From an uncultured Nitrospirales bacterium (GTDB lineage Bacteria; UBA10199; JADGCS01): a DNA stretch of 56,562 nt. Positions within the stretch are counted from its first letter, which is position 1; each line of letters begins with the position of its first letter. This document shows, one piece after another, positions 36,962 to 45,409 of this stretch. Below the pieces are notes generated by a model. That model worked only from the letters and a program-made list of their open reading frames with translations. It was not told the origin of the DNA and ran no database searches. The stretch covers positions 1 to 56,562 of the forward strand of contig CAZGMS010000101.1 of assembly GCA_964526915.1 (NCBI GenBank), read 5' to 3'. The translations under genes and the position numbers were made by a program.

Positions 36962-37865
36962 TTTTGGGATGCGTCTTATCGTACACTTTTGACAACTCTT
37001 CAACCCCTACGTGTGTGTATCTTTGGGTGGTGGAGAGGCTTTTGTGACCCAACAGTTCCTGAATGGATCTCAAGTCCGCTCCTGAGCCCAGCATGTGTGT
37101 GGCAAAGCTGTGACGGATCATGTGGGGTGTGGCCGTTTTTGAAAGACCCATTTCCTGGGTCATGTGGGCCACCAGGCGTTGTATGGAGCGTACCGTCAAA
37201 CGAGTTCCATTTTTGTTTAAAAACAAGGCGTCGTCATCGCGGATCAACTGGATGGAACTGCGCTCAGAAAGATAGGCTTGGAGCGCCCTGACGGCTTTAT
37301 CTCCGATGGGGACGATGCGTTCTTTATTCCCTTTGCCGTGAATTCGTACCAGACCTTCGATCAAATCCATTTGATCTTGATTGAGATTGACAAGCTCGCT
37401 CACACGCAGACCGCATGAATAAAGGAGTTCCAAAATGGCCTTGTCGCGGACGGCGTATTTCTTGCTTTCCAATTGCATGGCCAGGAGAGCATTGATTTCG
37501 TCGACGTTGAGAAACTTCGGGAGTTTTTTTGGCAGTTTTGGTGAATTGATGACCTTGGCTGGGTTCTGGTCGATGGTTCCTTTTTTGACAAAGTATTTAA
37601 AAAGGGATCGCAGGGCCGACAGTTTGCGGGCGATCGAGGAGGCACCATTTTTTTGAAACAGGAGAGAGAGATATGACCTGATCATCAATGGGTTGATGCG
37701 GTCAAGCAACATGGCGTTGTCGCTGATGACTTCTGCCTGGTGATTTAGCAGGTAATGGTAAAATTCAGTCAAATCGCGCCGGTAACTGAGAATTGTATTT
37801 TCCGCGGCGTTCTTTTGGTTCATCAGGTACGTCATAAATTCTTCGATGTTTTTTTCGACAGTCAT
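36957..37865 (-). CDS. xerC: Tyrosine recombinase XerC/XerD family (codV-like position upstream of hslVU)
   Basis: ARKLSALRSLFKYF, HMIRHSFATHML and LLGHKSLSTTQRYTHV, 302 aa. Confidence 0.88.
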   Translation of the reverse strand: MTVEKNIEEFMTYLMNQKNAAENTILSYRRDLTEFYHYLLNHQAEVISDNAMLLDRINPLMIRSYLSLLFQKNGASSIARKLSALRSLFKYFVKKGTIDQNPAKVINSPKLPKKLPKFLNVDEINALLAMQLESKKYAVRDKAILELLYSCGLRVSELVNLNQDQMDLIEGLVRIHGKGNKERIVPIGDKAVRALQAYLSERSSIQLIRDDDALFLNKNGTRLTVRSIQRLVAHMTQEMGLSKTATPHMIRHSFATHMLGSGADLRSIQELLGHKSLSTTQRYTHVGVEELSKVYDKTHPKS

Positions 37866-38179
37866 AGGAAAATCTCCTGTTGATAAGGGTAGTTGAAATT
37901 ATGCGAACTTAAGCCAAATTGCAAGGTTTTTTTATATGACGAAGGTCACGGAATTCTGTCGGACACATTCCACGGTGCTGTGCCCCTAACCAAAAGATGC
38001 GCCGATGGTTGACGGGCTGTTTCAAGGTCGGTTGTCAAGGGGGTAGCTCGGTGCAGATGCGCTATGGGCTCAATCTGGCTGACCCTTGTGCTAAGACATC
38101 ATAGTATTCTTGAGTTTATGACAAAGAACTCATCGAAATATGTTGAGATTTTGTGTCTGCGTTCTGTAGAAAGGTAACC

Positions 38180-39211
38180 ATGACAATGTGTCCACGCCTA
38201 TTCATTTTGACTGCTGTGATCTTGTGTCTTTGCGCCTGTGCCAGTTCAACAAAGGATTCCTCCAAGACTGGTGTCGACAATACGGGGACGGATCAGGATA
38301 CGGCTCAAACCGGTGATGTTTCAGGGGACGATCCTGCCGCATCCGATTCTGATTCAGAAACTGTCCCTGATTCTGGCGCTGAGATTGATACTGGATCTGA
38401 TTCCGGCACTGGTACCGATAGTAGTCCCAGCGAGGATACCGACGATGAAGTTCTTCCACCTGCCTGCGATCTTTTAGTTTCCACCGCATTTTTGGCAACA
38501 GCGTCGAACATTGGTGCCGGTTTGGAGACCTTGTTTGAGCCCAGCGGGATTGTGTGGCACGAGCGTTTGAATCAGTTGTTTTTGGTGAGCGATTCCGGAA
38601 TTCTTACGCGCATGAATCTCGATGGCTCAGATGTGACTAACTGGAGCCTTCCTGGTGACCTTGAAGCCGTGACGGTAACTGACCCCGCGAGTGATTTTGT
38701 GTATGTTGGTGTTGAACATGTGGCGGCAATCAAGGAAGTCAATATCAATACAGGTTTGGTGACGCGCACATTTACTTTGCCGTCCGGGATTTATTCAGAA
38801 ACTAATCAAGGTCTCGAAGCCCTCACTTTTGTGCCTGATTCATCGTCGGTCGAAGGCGGTTATTTTTGGGTGGGGATACAGCAAACCGGGATGATTCACG
38901 TATACGAAGTGCCACTTTTATCGACAACTGGTGATATTACTATTACTGACAGCCAGCAAATTGTGGCTTGGGCTCCTCTGCCCGGTGTCACCGATATTTC
39001 CGATTTGTATTATGACGGAGTTCACCAAAAAATCTTTGCCCTCTACGATTCGTCCAACAAGCTGGTCAGCCTGACGCCCGATCGTATTTTGGAGTCGCAA
39101 TATGATCTGCCCTTGTCTACGCACGATCAGGAGGGGTTTGCGGTTGATGGTGAGTGTCACCTCTACATTGCCGAAGACCCGGCGGGCACGCATGATGTTT
39201 GGCGGTATTGA
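38180..39211 (+). CDS. Lipoprotein with a D/S/T-rich linker and an SdiA-regulated/YjiK-like beta-propeller domain
   Basis: Lipobox LCLCACASS. FEPSGIVWHERLNQLFLVSDSG, GDLEAVTV and NQGLEALTF resemble the SdiA-regulated (phytase-like) family. AAAGGT lies upstream of ATG 38180. Confidence 0.5.
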   Translation: MTMCPRLFILTAVILCLCACASSTKDSSKTGVDNTGTDQDTAQTGDVSGDDPAASDSDSETVPDSGAEIDTGSDSGTGTDSSPSEDTDDEVLPPACDLLVSTAFLATASNIGAGLETLFEPSGIVWHERLNQLFLVSDSGILTRMNLDGSDVTNWSLPGDLEAVTVTDPASDFVYVGVEHVAAIKEVNINTGLVTRTFTLPSGIYSETNQGLEALTFVPDSSSVEGGYFWVGIQQTGMIHVYEVPLLSTTGDITITDSQQIVAWAPLPGVTDISDLYYDGVHQKIFALYDSSNKLVSLTPDRILESQYDLPLSTHDQEGFAVDGECHLYIAEDPAGTHDVWRY

Positions 39212-39327
39212 GTCGGGTGGTGAAACTTATGCCGCGGGCTTGCTTGCACTGATGCGTTTTCTGAATCTGAATAACAGCAAGGTTGAATAGAGGGCAGATG
39301 CCAAGAACAGCGACCGTATCAGCGACC

Positions 39328-39367
39328 GTATGACGGAGGTCGTGTGGCGGCTGTATGACGGAGGTCG
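39328..39367 (+). repeat. Two copies of GTATGACGGAGGTCG (REP-like motif), at 39328-39342 and 39353-39367
   Basis: Read directly, in a convergent intergenic region. A preceding duplicated CGACCGTAT can pair with GGTCG. Confidence 0.85.
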
Positions 39368-39437
39368 ATTGGAGTTGTGTAACAGTTCAACATATCAATA
39401 AGTTGTGTTGTTTTGCAGGACCTTATTTGGGCAGGTC

Positions 39438-41504
39438 TCAGTAGGTTGGTTTCTTTTTTCGAGCCACGATGGCGCCTATCCAAGGGGCAAGGGCATGTTC
39501 GCCAAATAGCGGAGCATACGGGATCACCGTAGTATCAAATCCAGCCTGTTGTAATAGGTGAGTCACCATAGGCATGGTGTAGGGAAAAACCTGACTTGTG
39601 ACTTGTTCGCGCAAATCGTTTGGGGAAGGGGACGCTCCTTTATAGGAAGATAGTGCGCGCAGGAAGGCATTGCGTGCTTGATTGTCCTCAACGGCGTGAC
39701 GAAATACGCGTTTAAACGGAAACGAAAATCCGGAATACTCACGTGTGACTTCGCTGGCTATAGTCAGGTAGGGTTCTGTGTCAGGCATGAACAAATCATG
39801 AATGAGCCACAGACCGCCGTCGGTCAGAATGCTATGGACATTTTGCGCTAGTGTATACACTTGTTCTGGTTTGCCTTGGTGCAATAGCATGCCCGTAAAT
39901 AACACATCGACTGGTTGTGGCAGAAACTCAGGACGGAGACGCCCCACATCTGTGGGGGACCACGTATTGCCACGTAGCATGCGTTTTTCGACAATCGATT
40001 TTGGGAACGGCGAAGAGGGAATATCAGCAGACTTTTTGCCCCATTTGTCTTTACCGGGGGCCGGAGTGGTGGCCAGATCACAAAAACGGTTGATTGCTTG
40101 TTGATCGCTATCGAGGATGGCCAGGTGAAAAAGCAAACGGGAGAAGCTGGGATCCTTGGCGGTTGCCAGTTCCGCTAGAATTCTGCAGAGGGTGATAGGA
40201 ACAGCGCCTGAACCCACATCGGCCAACTGAACAGGGCGTAAAATGGTTTTGCCACTGAGCCACTCAGCAAGTTGTTGTGCCAGCACATGAGCTGTTTCGG
40301 TATGCATCCAAACATTGGAAGCCATCAGGGTCTGATCGGGTTGTGGGATGAGTTCGAGGAGGGGATCAGCTGTTGTTGGTGCTGTCCTTGCAACAACAAC
40401 GGGTTGTTGTTTTGCTGGTGCAGGTTTTTGAGGAATTGTGGGTTGTGGGCGCGGGGCAACCCGGATTGGCGCAGGAACTTTTGTTGATGTGGTGACGCGC
40501 GTGGGGACTTGTGTTGGTGATGGAGTTGGTCGTTGTTGGGGTGCTGGTAAGGAACAAGCACCATCAGTAAGACAAACATGTTCATCGATCTTGGCGATTT
40601 GCAGGCGTGTGACATTATTGATCTTACAGTTGATCAGCACACCCCCATCGGTTGGAGATCCTGCGTTGACAGTGGTTTTAACGCCCACAAAATGAAATCC
40701 TTTATGACCTAAGGGGGAGTCAACCTCTGTTGGTGAGTATATGACAGAGATTAAAAGTTGAGGTTTTGTGTTGTCTGTGATGAGCTTTTGCAATGATCTG
40801 AAGTCATTTCCCACACTCACCGGAGGTTTGGGAATCGCAAACTGTGCCCATTGCACGTTCAAGGTCAGAGTCATTGCGCAGGCGCTCTGCGGATCAAACT
40901 CCTTGAGTGTCCTGATCCATTCAATCAGATCGTCCAGATTTTTTCCACTGAGTTGTCCTCCGCTCAAACATTCAGGGTCATATTTTATTAAATCATGATC
41001 TGTTCTGACCACATAGGCGGCCATGGCGTAGGCTAGACGCGAGTGGGCATCAACCCCGTTGAGTCTTTTGAACTGACCGTCTGTTCCAATCAAAAAGGCA
41101 CTGCCCAGATAAAATTGAATCACGCCTCTGAGTCCTTCGGGGTACCCAAAACCGATGGCGGTGTTCGACGTGGAAGCAAGGATGTTCGACAAAGTAACGT
41201 CGCTTGTGACACTGGCGATGTCACCGCGAGGATGAATAAAGCGTTCAAGGGGATGACTCCTGATCAGCACGTTTCTGCATGCTTGCAGTTGAACGGGATG
41301 ACCAATCTCGTGTGTGGGCCGGGGCGTGCCTGTATTTCCATCAACATTTATTGTCCTACTGGCAAAATACCCCTGAATCTCGGCGCCCGTGGGTAAGGGA
41401 CCATGTGAGGGGATGGGGTTGGGCTGTCCATTACCTTCTAAGTGAATGGGGCGCGACAAAGAACCGTGTCCAATGAGTCCTGATGATGACAAGATTGACG
41501 ACAT
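39438..41504 (-). CDS. Hypothetical 688-aa protein: unknown N-terminal domain (contains HEIGH), Pro-rich linker, C-terminal class I SAM-methyltransferase-like domain
   Basis: Linker APQQRPTPSPTQVPT...PAPAKQQP at about 40365..40550. Motif I-like VQLADVGSGAVP and post-I VDVLFTGMLLHQG lie in the C-terminal third. No signal peptide was seen. Confidence 0.6.
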   Translation of the reverse strand: MSSILSSSGLIGHGSLSRPIHLEGNGQPNPIPSHGPLPTGAEIQGYFASRTINVDGNTGTPRPTHEIGHPVQLQACRNVLIRSHPLERFIHPRGDIASVTSDVTLSNILASTSNTAIGFGYPEGLRGVIQFYLGSAFLIGTDGQFKRLNGVDAHSRLAYAMAAYVVRTDHDLIKYDPECLSGGQLSGKNLDDLIEWIRTLKEFDPQSACAMTLTLNVQWAQFAIPKPPVSVGNDFRSLQKLITDNTKPQLLISVIYSPTEVDSPLGHKGFHFVGVKTTVNAGSPTDGGVLINCKINNVTRLQIAKIDEHVCLTDGACSLPAPQQRPTPSPTQVPTRVTTSTKVPAPIRVAPRPQPTIPQKPAPAKQQPVVVARTAPTTADPLLELIPQPDQTLMASNVWMHTETAHVLAQQLAEWLSGKTILRPVQLADVGSGAVPITLCRILAELATAKDPSFSRLLFHLAILDSDQQAINRFCDLATTPAPGKDKWGKKSADIPSSPFPKSIVEKRMLRGNTWSPTDVGRLRPEFLPQPVDVLFTGMLLHQGKPEQVYTLAQNVHSILTDGGLWLIHDLFMPDTEPYLTIASEVTREYSGFSFPFKRVFRHAVEDNQARNAFLRALSSYKGASPSPNDLREQVTSQVFPYTMPMVTHLLQQAGFDTTVIPYAPLFGEHALAPWIGAIVARKKKPTY

Positions 41505-41673
41505 AAAGTGATCTGGTTATTACCTCTAACCGATCAAGATATCGAAAGATTTCTGTAAAAGTTTCGTGTTTTTTGATGATTTACGGATTTTTTATGTAAC
41601 TCCGTCATGAGTTTTTAATGAGTTTTTATAGCGTTGAGCTGTTTTGAAAGATCAAAATGAATATAGCGATGGA

Positions 41674-43119
41674 CTAGGCTGCTTGATCGATGGTCTTTCG
41701 AGGTGGTTGCTTTGTCCAAAAGTCGGTATTAGCAATTCCCAGATCATCGGCGCGGAAGACTGGATTGATTTTGAGTTTCTTTTGTCTTTCATAATCCTGC
41801 AAACATAAAAACGCCGGTTTTCTGAGCATGAAGATCGCTACCAAATTCAACCACGTCATTAGTGCCACACCAATATCGCCCATTGCCCAAACCAGATCGG
41901 CCGTTTTGATGGAACCATAGAAAGTCGATGCAAGCAGGATAATGCGCAGGGCAGTGATCAACCATTTTTGAGAGGGGTTTTTTTTGAGATAGGCCACGTT
42001 GGTTTCAGCAATGTAGTAGTAAGCCATCAGTGTGGTGAAGGCGAAAAAGAAAAGAGAGATGGCCACAAAAATGGGCCCAACACCAAATACGGTTTCCACA
42101 GCCTTTTGTGTGTACATGGGACCGATTTCAACGCCTGGGATGTTGTTAACAATGCCTTCGACATTGTATTGCCCGGTTATCAGTATCATGAAAGCAGTCG
42201 CCGAACACACAAAGAGGGTGTCGATATAAACCGAAAAGGCTTGCACCAGTCCCTGTTTGGCAGGGTGTGTGACTTCGGCCGCACCTGCGGCATGGGCCGC
42301 GCTCCCCTGACCGGCTTCATTTGAAAAAATCCCGCGTTTCACACCAAAACTGATGGCGCTCCCCACAATGCCTCCAAAAACCTGATGAGCACCAAAGGCA
42401 GACGACAAGATCAGGGACAACACAGCCGGCAGTTTTTCGAGATTGAATGCCACAATGATTAGGGAACACAAAACATAGCCAATAGCCATGAATGGAACAA
42501 CATACTCAGCCACTCGGCCGATGCGTCTGATGCCTCCAAATACAATCGCACTCAGCAACATCACAACAAACGCACCCGACACTGTCTTTGGAATGCCCAT
42601 CGCGTGTTGCAAGCTCACAGCAATGCTATTTGCCTGAATGCCTGGGAGAAAAAAACCACAGGAAAAAATAGAGGCCACTGCAAACGCCACAGCATACCAT
42701 TTGAGTTTGAGGCCTTTCTCAATGTAATACGCCGGCCCTCCTCGATATTGACCATCCTTTTCTACTTTATATATCTGAGCCAGAGATGATTCCACAAAGG
42801 CCGTGGCCGCTCCTAAAAAAGCTATGAGCCACATCCAGAAGACAGCGCCCGGACCGCCAAGAGCGATGGCTGTGGCCACGCCGGCGATATTACCCGTCCC
42901 TACGCGTCCAGACAGAGAAACCGCCAGTGCTTGAAAGGATGAAATTCCCTGCGCGGAGCTTTTGCCCTCAAGTAACAATTTAAGCATGTCCTTGATCAGT
43001 CGAATCTGCAGAAATCGTGTTTTGAGTGAAAAATATATTCCCGCGCCAAGACACATGCAAATGAGTGGGGTGCCCCAGAGCACGTCATTGAAAGATTTAA
43101 TGATATGTTCAAAATTCAT
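41674..43119 (-). CDS. Alanine/glycine:cation symporter (AGCS family)
   Basis: Polytopic protein with GNIAGVATAIALGGPGAVFWMW and SNEAGQGSAAHAAGAAEV, signature regions of sodium:alanine symporters. Confidence 0.85.
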   Translation of the reverse strand: MNFEHIIKSFNDVLWGTPLICMCLGAGIYFSLKTRFLQIRLIKDMLKLLLEGKSSAQGISSFQALAVSLSGRVGTGNIAGVATAIALGGPGAVFWMWLIAFLGAATAFVESSLAQIYKVEKDGQYRGGPAYYIEKGLKLKWYAVAFAVASIFSCGFFLPGIQANSIAVSLQHAMGIPKTVSGAFVVMLLSAIVFGGIRRIGRVAEYVVPFMAIGYVLCSLIIVAFNLEKLPAVLSLILSSAFGAHQVFGGIVGSAISFGVKRGIFSNEAGQGSAAHAAGAAEVTHPAKQGLVQAFSVYIDTLFVCSATAFMILITGQYNVEGIVNNIPGVEIGPMYTQKAVETVFGVGPIFVAISLFFFAFTTLMAYYYIAETNVAYLKKNPSQKWLITALRIILLASTFYGSIKTADLVWAMGDIGVALMTWLNLVAIFMLRKPAFLCLQDYERQKKLKINPVFRADDLGIANTDFWTKQPPRKTIDQAA

Positions 43120-43318
43120 TCAAAAAGCTTAGGCAACGACCTTTTGAAAAGCAATATGAATATTATGACAAGAGGACATCAGGGGACATGAAGGGGACAT
43201 CATGACGGAGTCCCGCGGACAGTCCCCCTTGTGGGATTTTATTTTGTGAGAGACTCTATTATTGTTGAGTGTTCTTCCAACTTGATTGATATTCTTTAAA
43301 TATTATTTTTTTTCAAAT

Positions 43319-43334
43319 TGGCACGGTTTTGGCA
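43319..43334 (+). promoter_or_regulatory. Sigma-54-like promoter element TGGCACGGTTTTGGCA upstream of the transposase gene
   Basis: GG and GC are at the correct 12-nt register. There is one mismatch to TGGCACG-N4-TTGCA. The ATG starts 14 nt after the -12 C. Confidence 0.4.
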
Positions 43335-43346
43335 GGTGTTTAGGAC

Positions 43347-44120
43347 ATGGCAAATTATCCTAGAAGTTTATTGGTCTTTGAAGGATCCGTTTTTCATGTG
43401 ACATGGCAGTGTCATAACAAGGATTGGCTTTTGAAGTCTGAGTTTGCAAAGGCGCTTTATTATGAACTACTGCTTAAATATAAAATGGTGTACGACATTA
43501 TTATCTTTTCCTATTGTTTGATGGATAATCATGTTCACATGACAGGCCGTTGTGCTTCGCAAAAATTGTTTTCTGATTTTTTTAGGGTCGTGAATGGTTG
43601 CTTTTCGAGATCCATAAACAAACACTTTTGTCGGAGGGGGCAGGTGGTGATGGATCGATTCAAATCGCCAACCATGGAAACCGATGATGACCTCATGAGT
43701 GTGATCATTTATAACGATCTCAATCCCAAAAGGACAACGAATAATATTCATCCCAAAAACCATAAGTGGTCATCGTATCATCACTATGCTTTTGGTCAAG
43801 AGGATCCACTGTTGACTGACCCCGAATTTTATATAGGACTTGGTAACACAGCTCACGACAGACAAAATAAGTACCGATTGATGATCGAAGAAATCATTGC
43901 GAATGATCACCGCACCCCAATATGTCCTTACAGAAAAGATGATGGTTACATTTGTTTTATTGGTAATCCATTGTGGGTGCAAACGTGTCATGAACGACTT
44001 ATGAAAAAAGTGCGTTTGCGGAGAAAAGAATGGCAAGACAGACACCGGCAGTTTTTTGAATTAGGAAAAAACAAAATTGGCAATAATGTGGTTACTGTCA
44101 GCGCAACTGTTTCCATTTGA
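43347..44120 (+). CDS. IS200/IS605-like HUH Y1 transposase, REP-associated tyrosine transposase (RAYT)-like
   Basis: HUH motif in CLMDNHVHM (H-V-H at 43530..43538). Catalytic-Tyr block IIYNDLNPKR (Y at 43710..43712). N-terminal VFHVTWQCHNK. 257 aa. Flanked by REP-like motifs. Confidence 0.8.
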   Translation: MANYPRSLLVFEGSVFHVTWQCHNKDWLLKSEFAKALYYELLLKYKMVYDIIIFSYCLMDNHVHMTGRCASQKLFSDFFRVVNGCFSRSINKHFCRRGQVVMDRFKSPTMETDDDLMSVIIYNDLNPKRTTNNIHPKNHKWSSYHHYAFGQEDPLLTDPEFYIGLGNTAHDRQNKYRLMIEEIIANDHRTPICPYRKDDGYICFIGNPLWVQTCHERLMKKVRLRRKEWQDRHRQFFELGKNKIGNNVVTVSATVSI

Positions 44121-44196
44121 AGTGTGTGCCGAATCCCTCCTTCCAAAATCTTCTGTTATTTTTCATTTAATAATACGTTACCGTTGAGACGCATAC

Positions 44197-44610
44197 TATG
44201 ACGGAGTACTGAGCCTAGCATGTTGGTGATCATAAATTGTCTCTCAAAAGAACAATATTACCGCTATTATTACTATTATTACCGCTATTACCGCTATGAC
44301 GGAGTACCGAGTGTTCATGACGTACCGAGTGTCTTCGTCATACGTTTTAAAACCGGAACAGCATGACGGAGCTCCAACTGTCAATATCAGTCAATAAATA
44401 GTCTCACCATCTTTCCCAAAAATGGGACTAGGCACAGAGAATGGGATGCGTACACGGAACTCCGTCATACTTGTGCTTGTTTTTTTCTCATGCATTTTTT
44501 ACCTATGCACAAGATTGGGTCGTGCCATTTTTTGTCTCAGGATCATCCCTGATTTGTCCCAAAATGGGACGGTGAGACACTTTGGAATTCCGTACAGTGA
44601 CCTCCGTCAT
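44197..44610. repeat. Cluster of at least six ATGACGGAG-type REP-like motifs in both orientations downstream of the RAYT gene
   Basis: Plus strand: 44197-44209, 44295-44307, 44316-44332 (degenerate), 44362-44374. Minus strand: 44457-44470 and 44598-44610. One copy lies upstream of the gene at 43202-43213. Confidence 0.85.
44401..44578. repeat. ~180-bp segment bounded by inverted repeats (GTCTCACC...CCCAAAAATGGGAC / GTCCCAAAATGGGAC GGTGAGAC)
   Basis: 44401-44428 versus 44556-44578, read directly. GTCCCAAAATGGGAC (44556-44570) is itself a perfect palindrome. Confidence 0.7.
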
Positions 44611-44676
44611 GCCGCCAGATCGAACATGTTTATGATATTGGGCTTATTTTTTTGTGGAGAATTATTTTTTCAAAGT

Positions 44677-44692
44677 TGGCACGTGCGTTGCA
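44677..44692 (+). promoter_or_regulatory. Sigma-54 consensus promoter element TGGCACGTGCGTTGCA
   Basis: Exact match to TGGCACG-N4-TTGCA. The ATG of the next gene starts 14 nt after the -12 C. Confidence 0.55.
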
Positions 44693-44704
44693 AAAGACGT
44701 TGTC

Positions 44705-45370
44705 ATGAAAAACAATATCATTTTTTTTGTGCTTTTGTTTTGTGTTTGTTTGCTCATTGGCTCAAGCGTTTGGGCAAGTCTGTCACCTCACATCAAACAA
44801 TTTTCCACGATAAAACAAAATGAACCCAGCTATGCAGACATTCTCTTTGCCTACTTCAAAGACAAAGGAATAACCACTTCCTCCCTGGAACGCTTGAAAA
44901 AACGCGTCAAGGCGGCGCCCTATTTTCCCGCCCTGTATGTCGGCTACGATCACTCGCTCACTGAACGAGAGGGACTGAAGGTGAGCGACAATATTTCTCT
45001 GTCTGGTGGTGATGTGACCATTGGCCCCGAGGACAATGATTACAACTATTACGGTTATCTGGGCCGCACGGTTCACGCGCGCGCTGTCTGGAAGCTGGAT
45101 GAAATTATTTTCAATCGCAATCATCTGTTGATCGAGAGCGAACGCCGCGAACTTTTGAAACTGCAGAAAACCATCGGTGATGATTTGTACAAAATCTATG
45201 AGGATCGTTATTTATACCTGATCCGCTATTTGCAGGCCAAAGGCCACTTGCAGAGCAAGGCCATGTATTATGCAAAATACCTGAGCCTCACCGATAGAAT
45301 CGATGCCATTACGGGGGGACAGTTTCATGACAGATGGTGGCGGGAACAAAAACAGATTCCTGGTTTGTAA
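44705..45370 (+). CDS. Hypothetical secreted protein
   Basis: Signal peptide MKNNIIFFVLLFCVCLLIGSSVWAS. No domain was recognised. Confidence 0.6.
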   Translation: MKNNIIFFVLLFCVCLLIGSSVWASLSPHIKQFSTIKQNEPSYADILFAYFKDKGITTSSLERLKKRVKAAPYFPALYVGYDHSLTEREGLKVSDNISLSGGDVTIGPEDNDYNYYGYLGRTVHARAVWKLDEIIFNRNHLLIESERRELLKLQKTIGDDLYKIYEDRYLYLIRYLQAKGHLQSKAMYYAKYLSLTDRIDAITGGQFHDRWWREQKQIPGL

Positions 45371-45409
45371 CTGGGAATTGTCTCACAGCCACATAAAGAG
45401 GAGGTTTGT

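Noticed and set aside
36957-37865. XerC as the integrase of an island at the nearby tRNA-Arg.
   Set aside because: It lies 7 kb from the tRNA with core genes between them. It has the typical XerC/D length and motifs, and it occupies the conserved codV-like position directly upstream of hslVU.
43120-43200. A glycine or amino-acid riboswitch upstream of the alanine/glycine:cation symporter.
   Set aside because: I could not find the conserved glycine-riboswitch core elements on the minus strand. The region is instead occupied by GGGGACAT repeats and a REP-like motif.
44422-44823. Tracked ORFs that sit on repeat or intergenic DNA: 44422..44823, 20370..20567, 36710..36940, 30..215, 29819..30043 and 19280..19471.
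   Set aside because: They are built from REP, heptamer, tRNA or duplicated sequence. They lack an RBS and any recognisable motif, and several overlap better-supported features.
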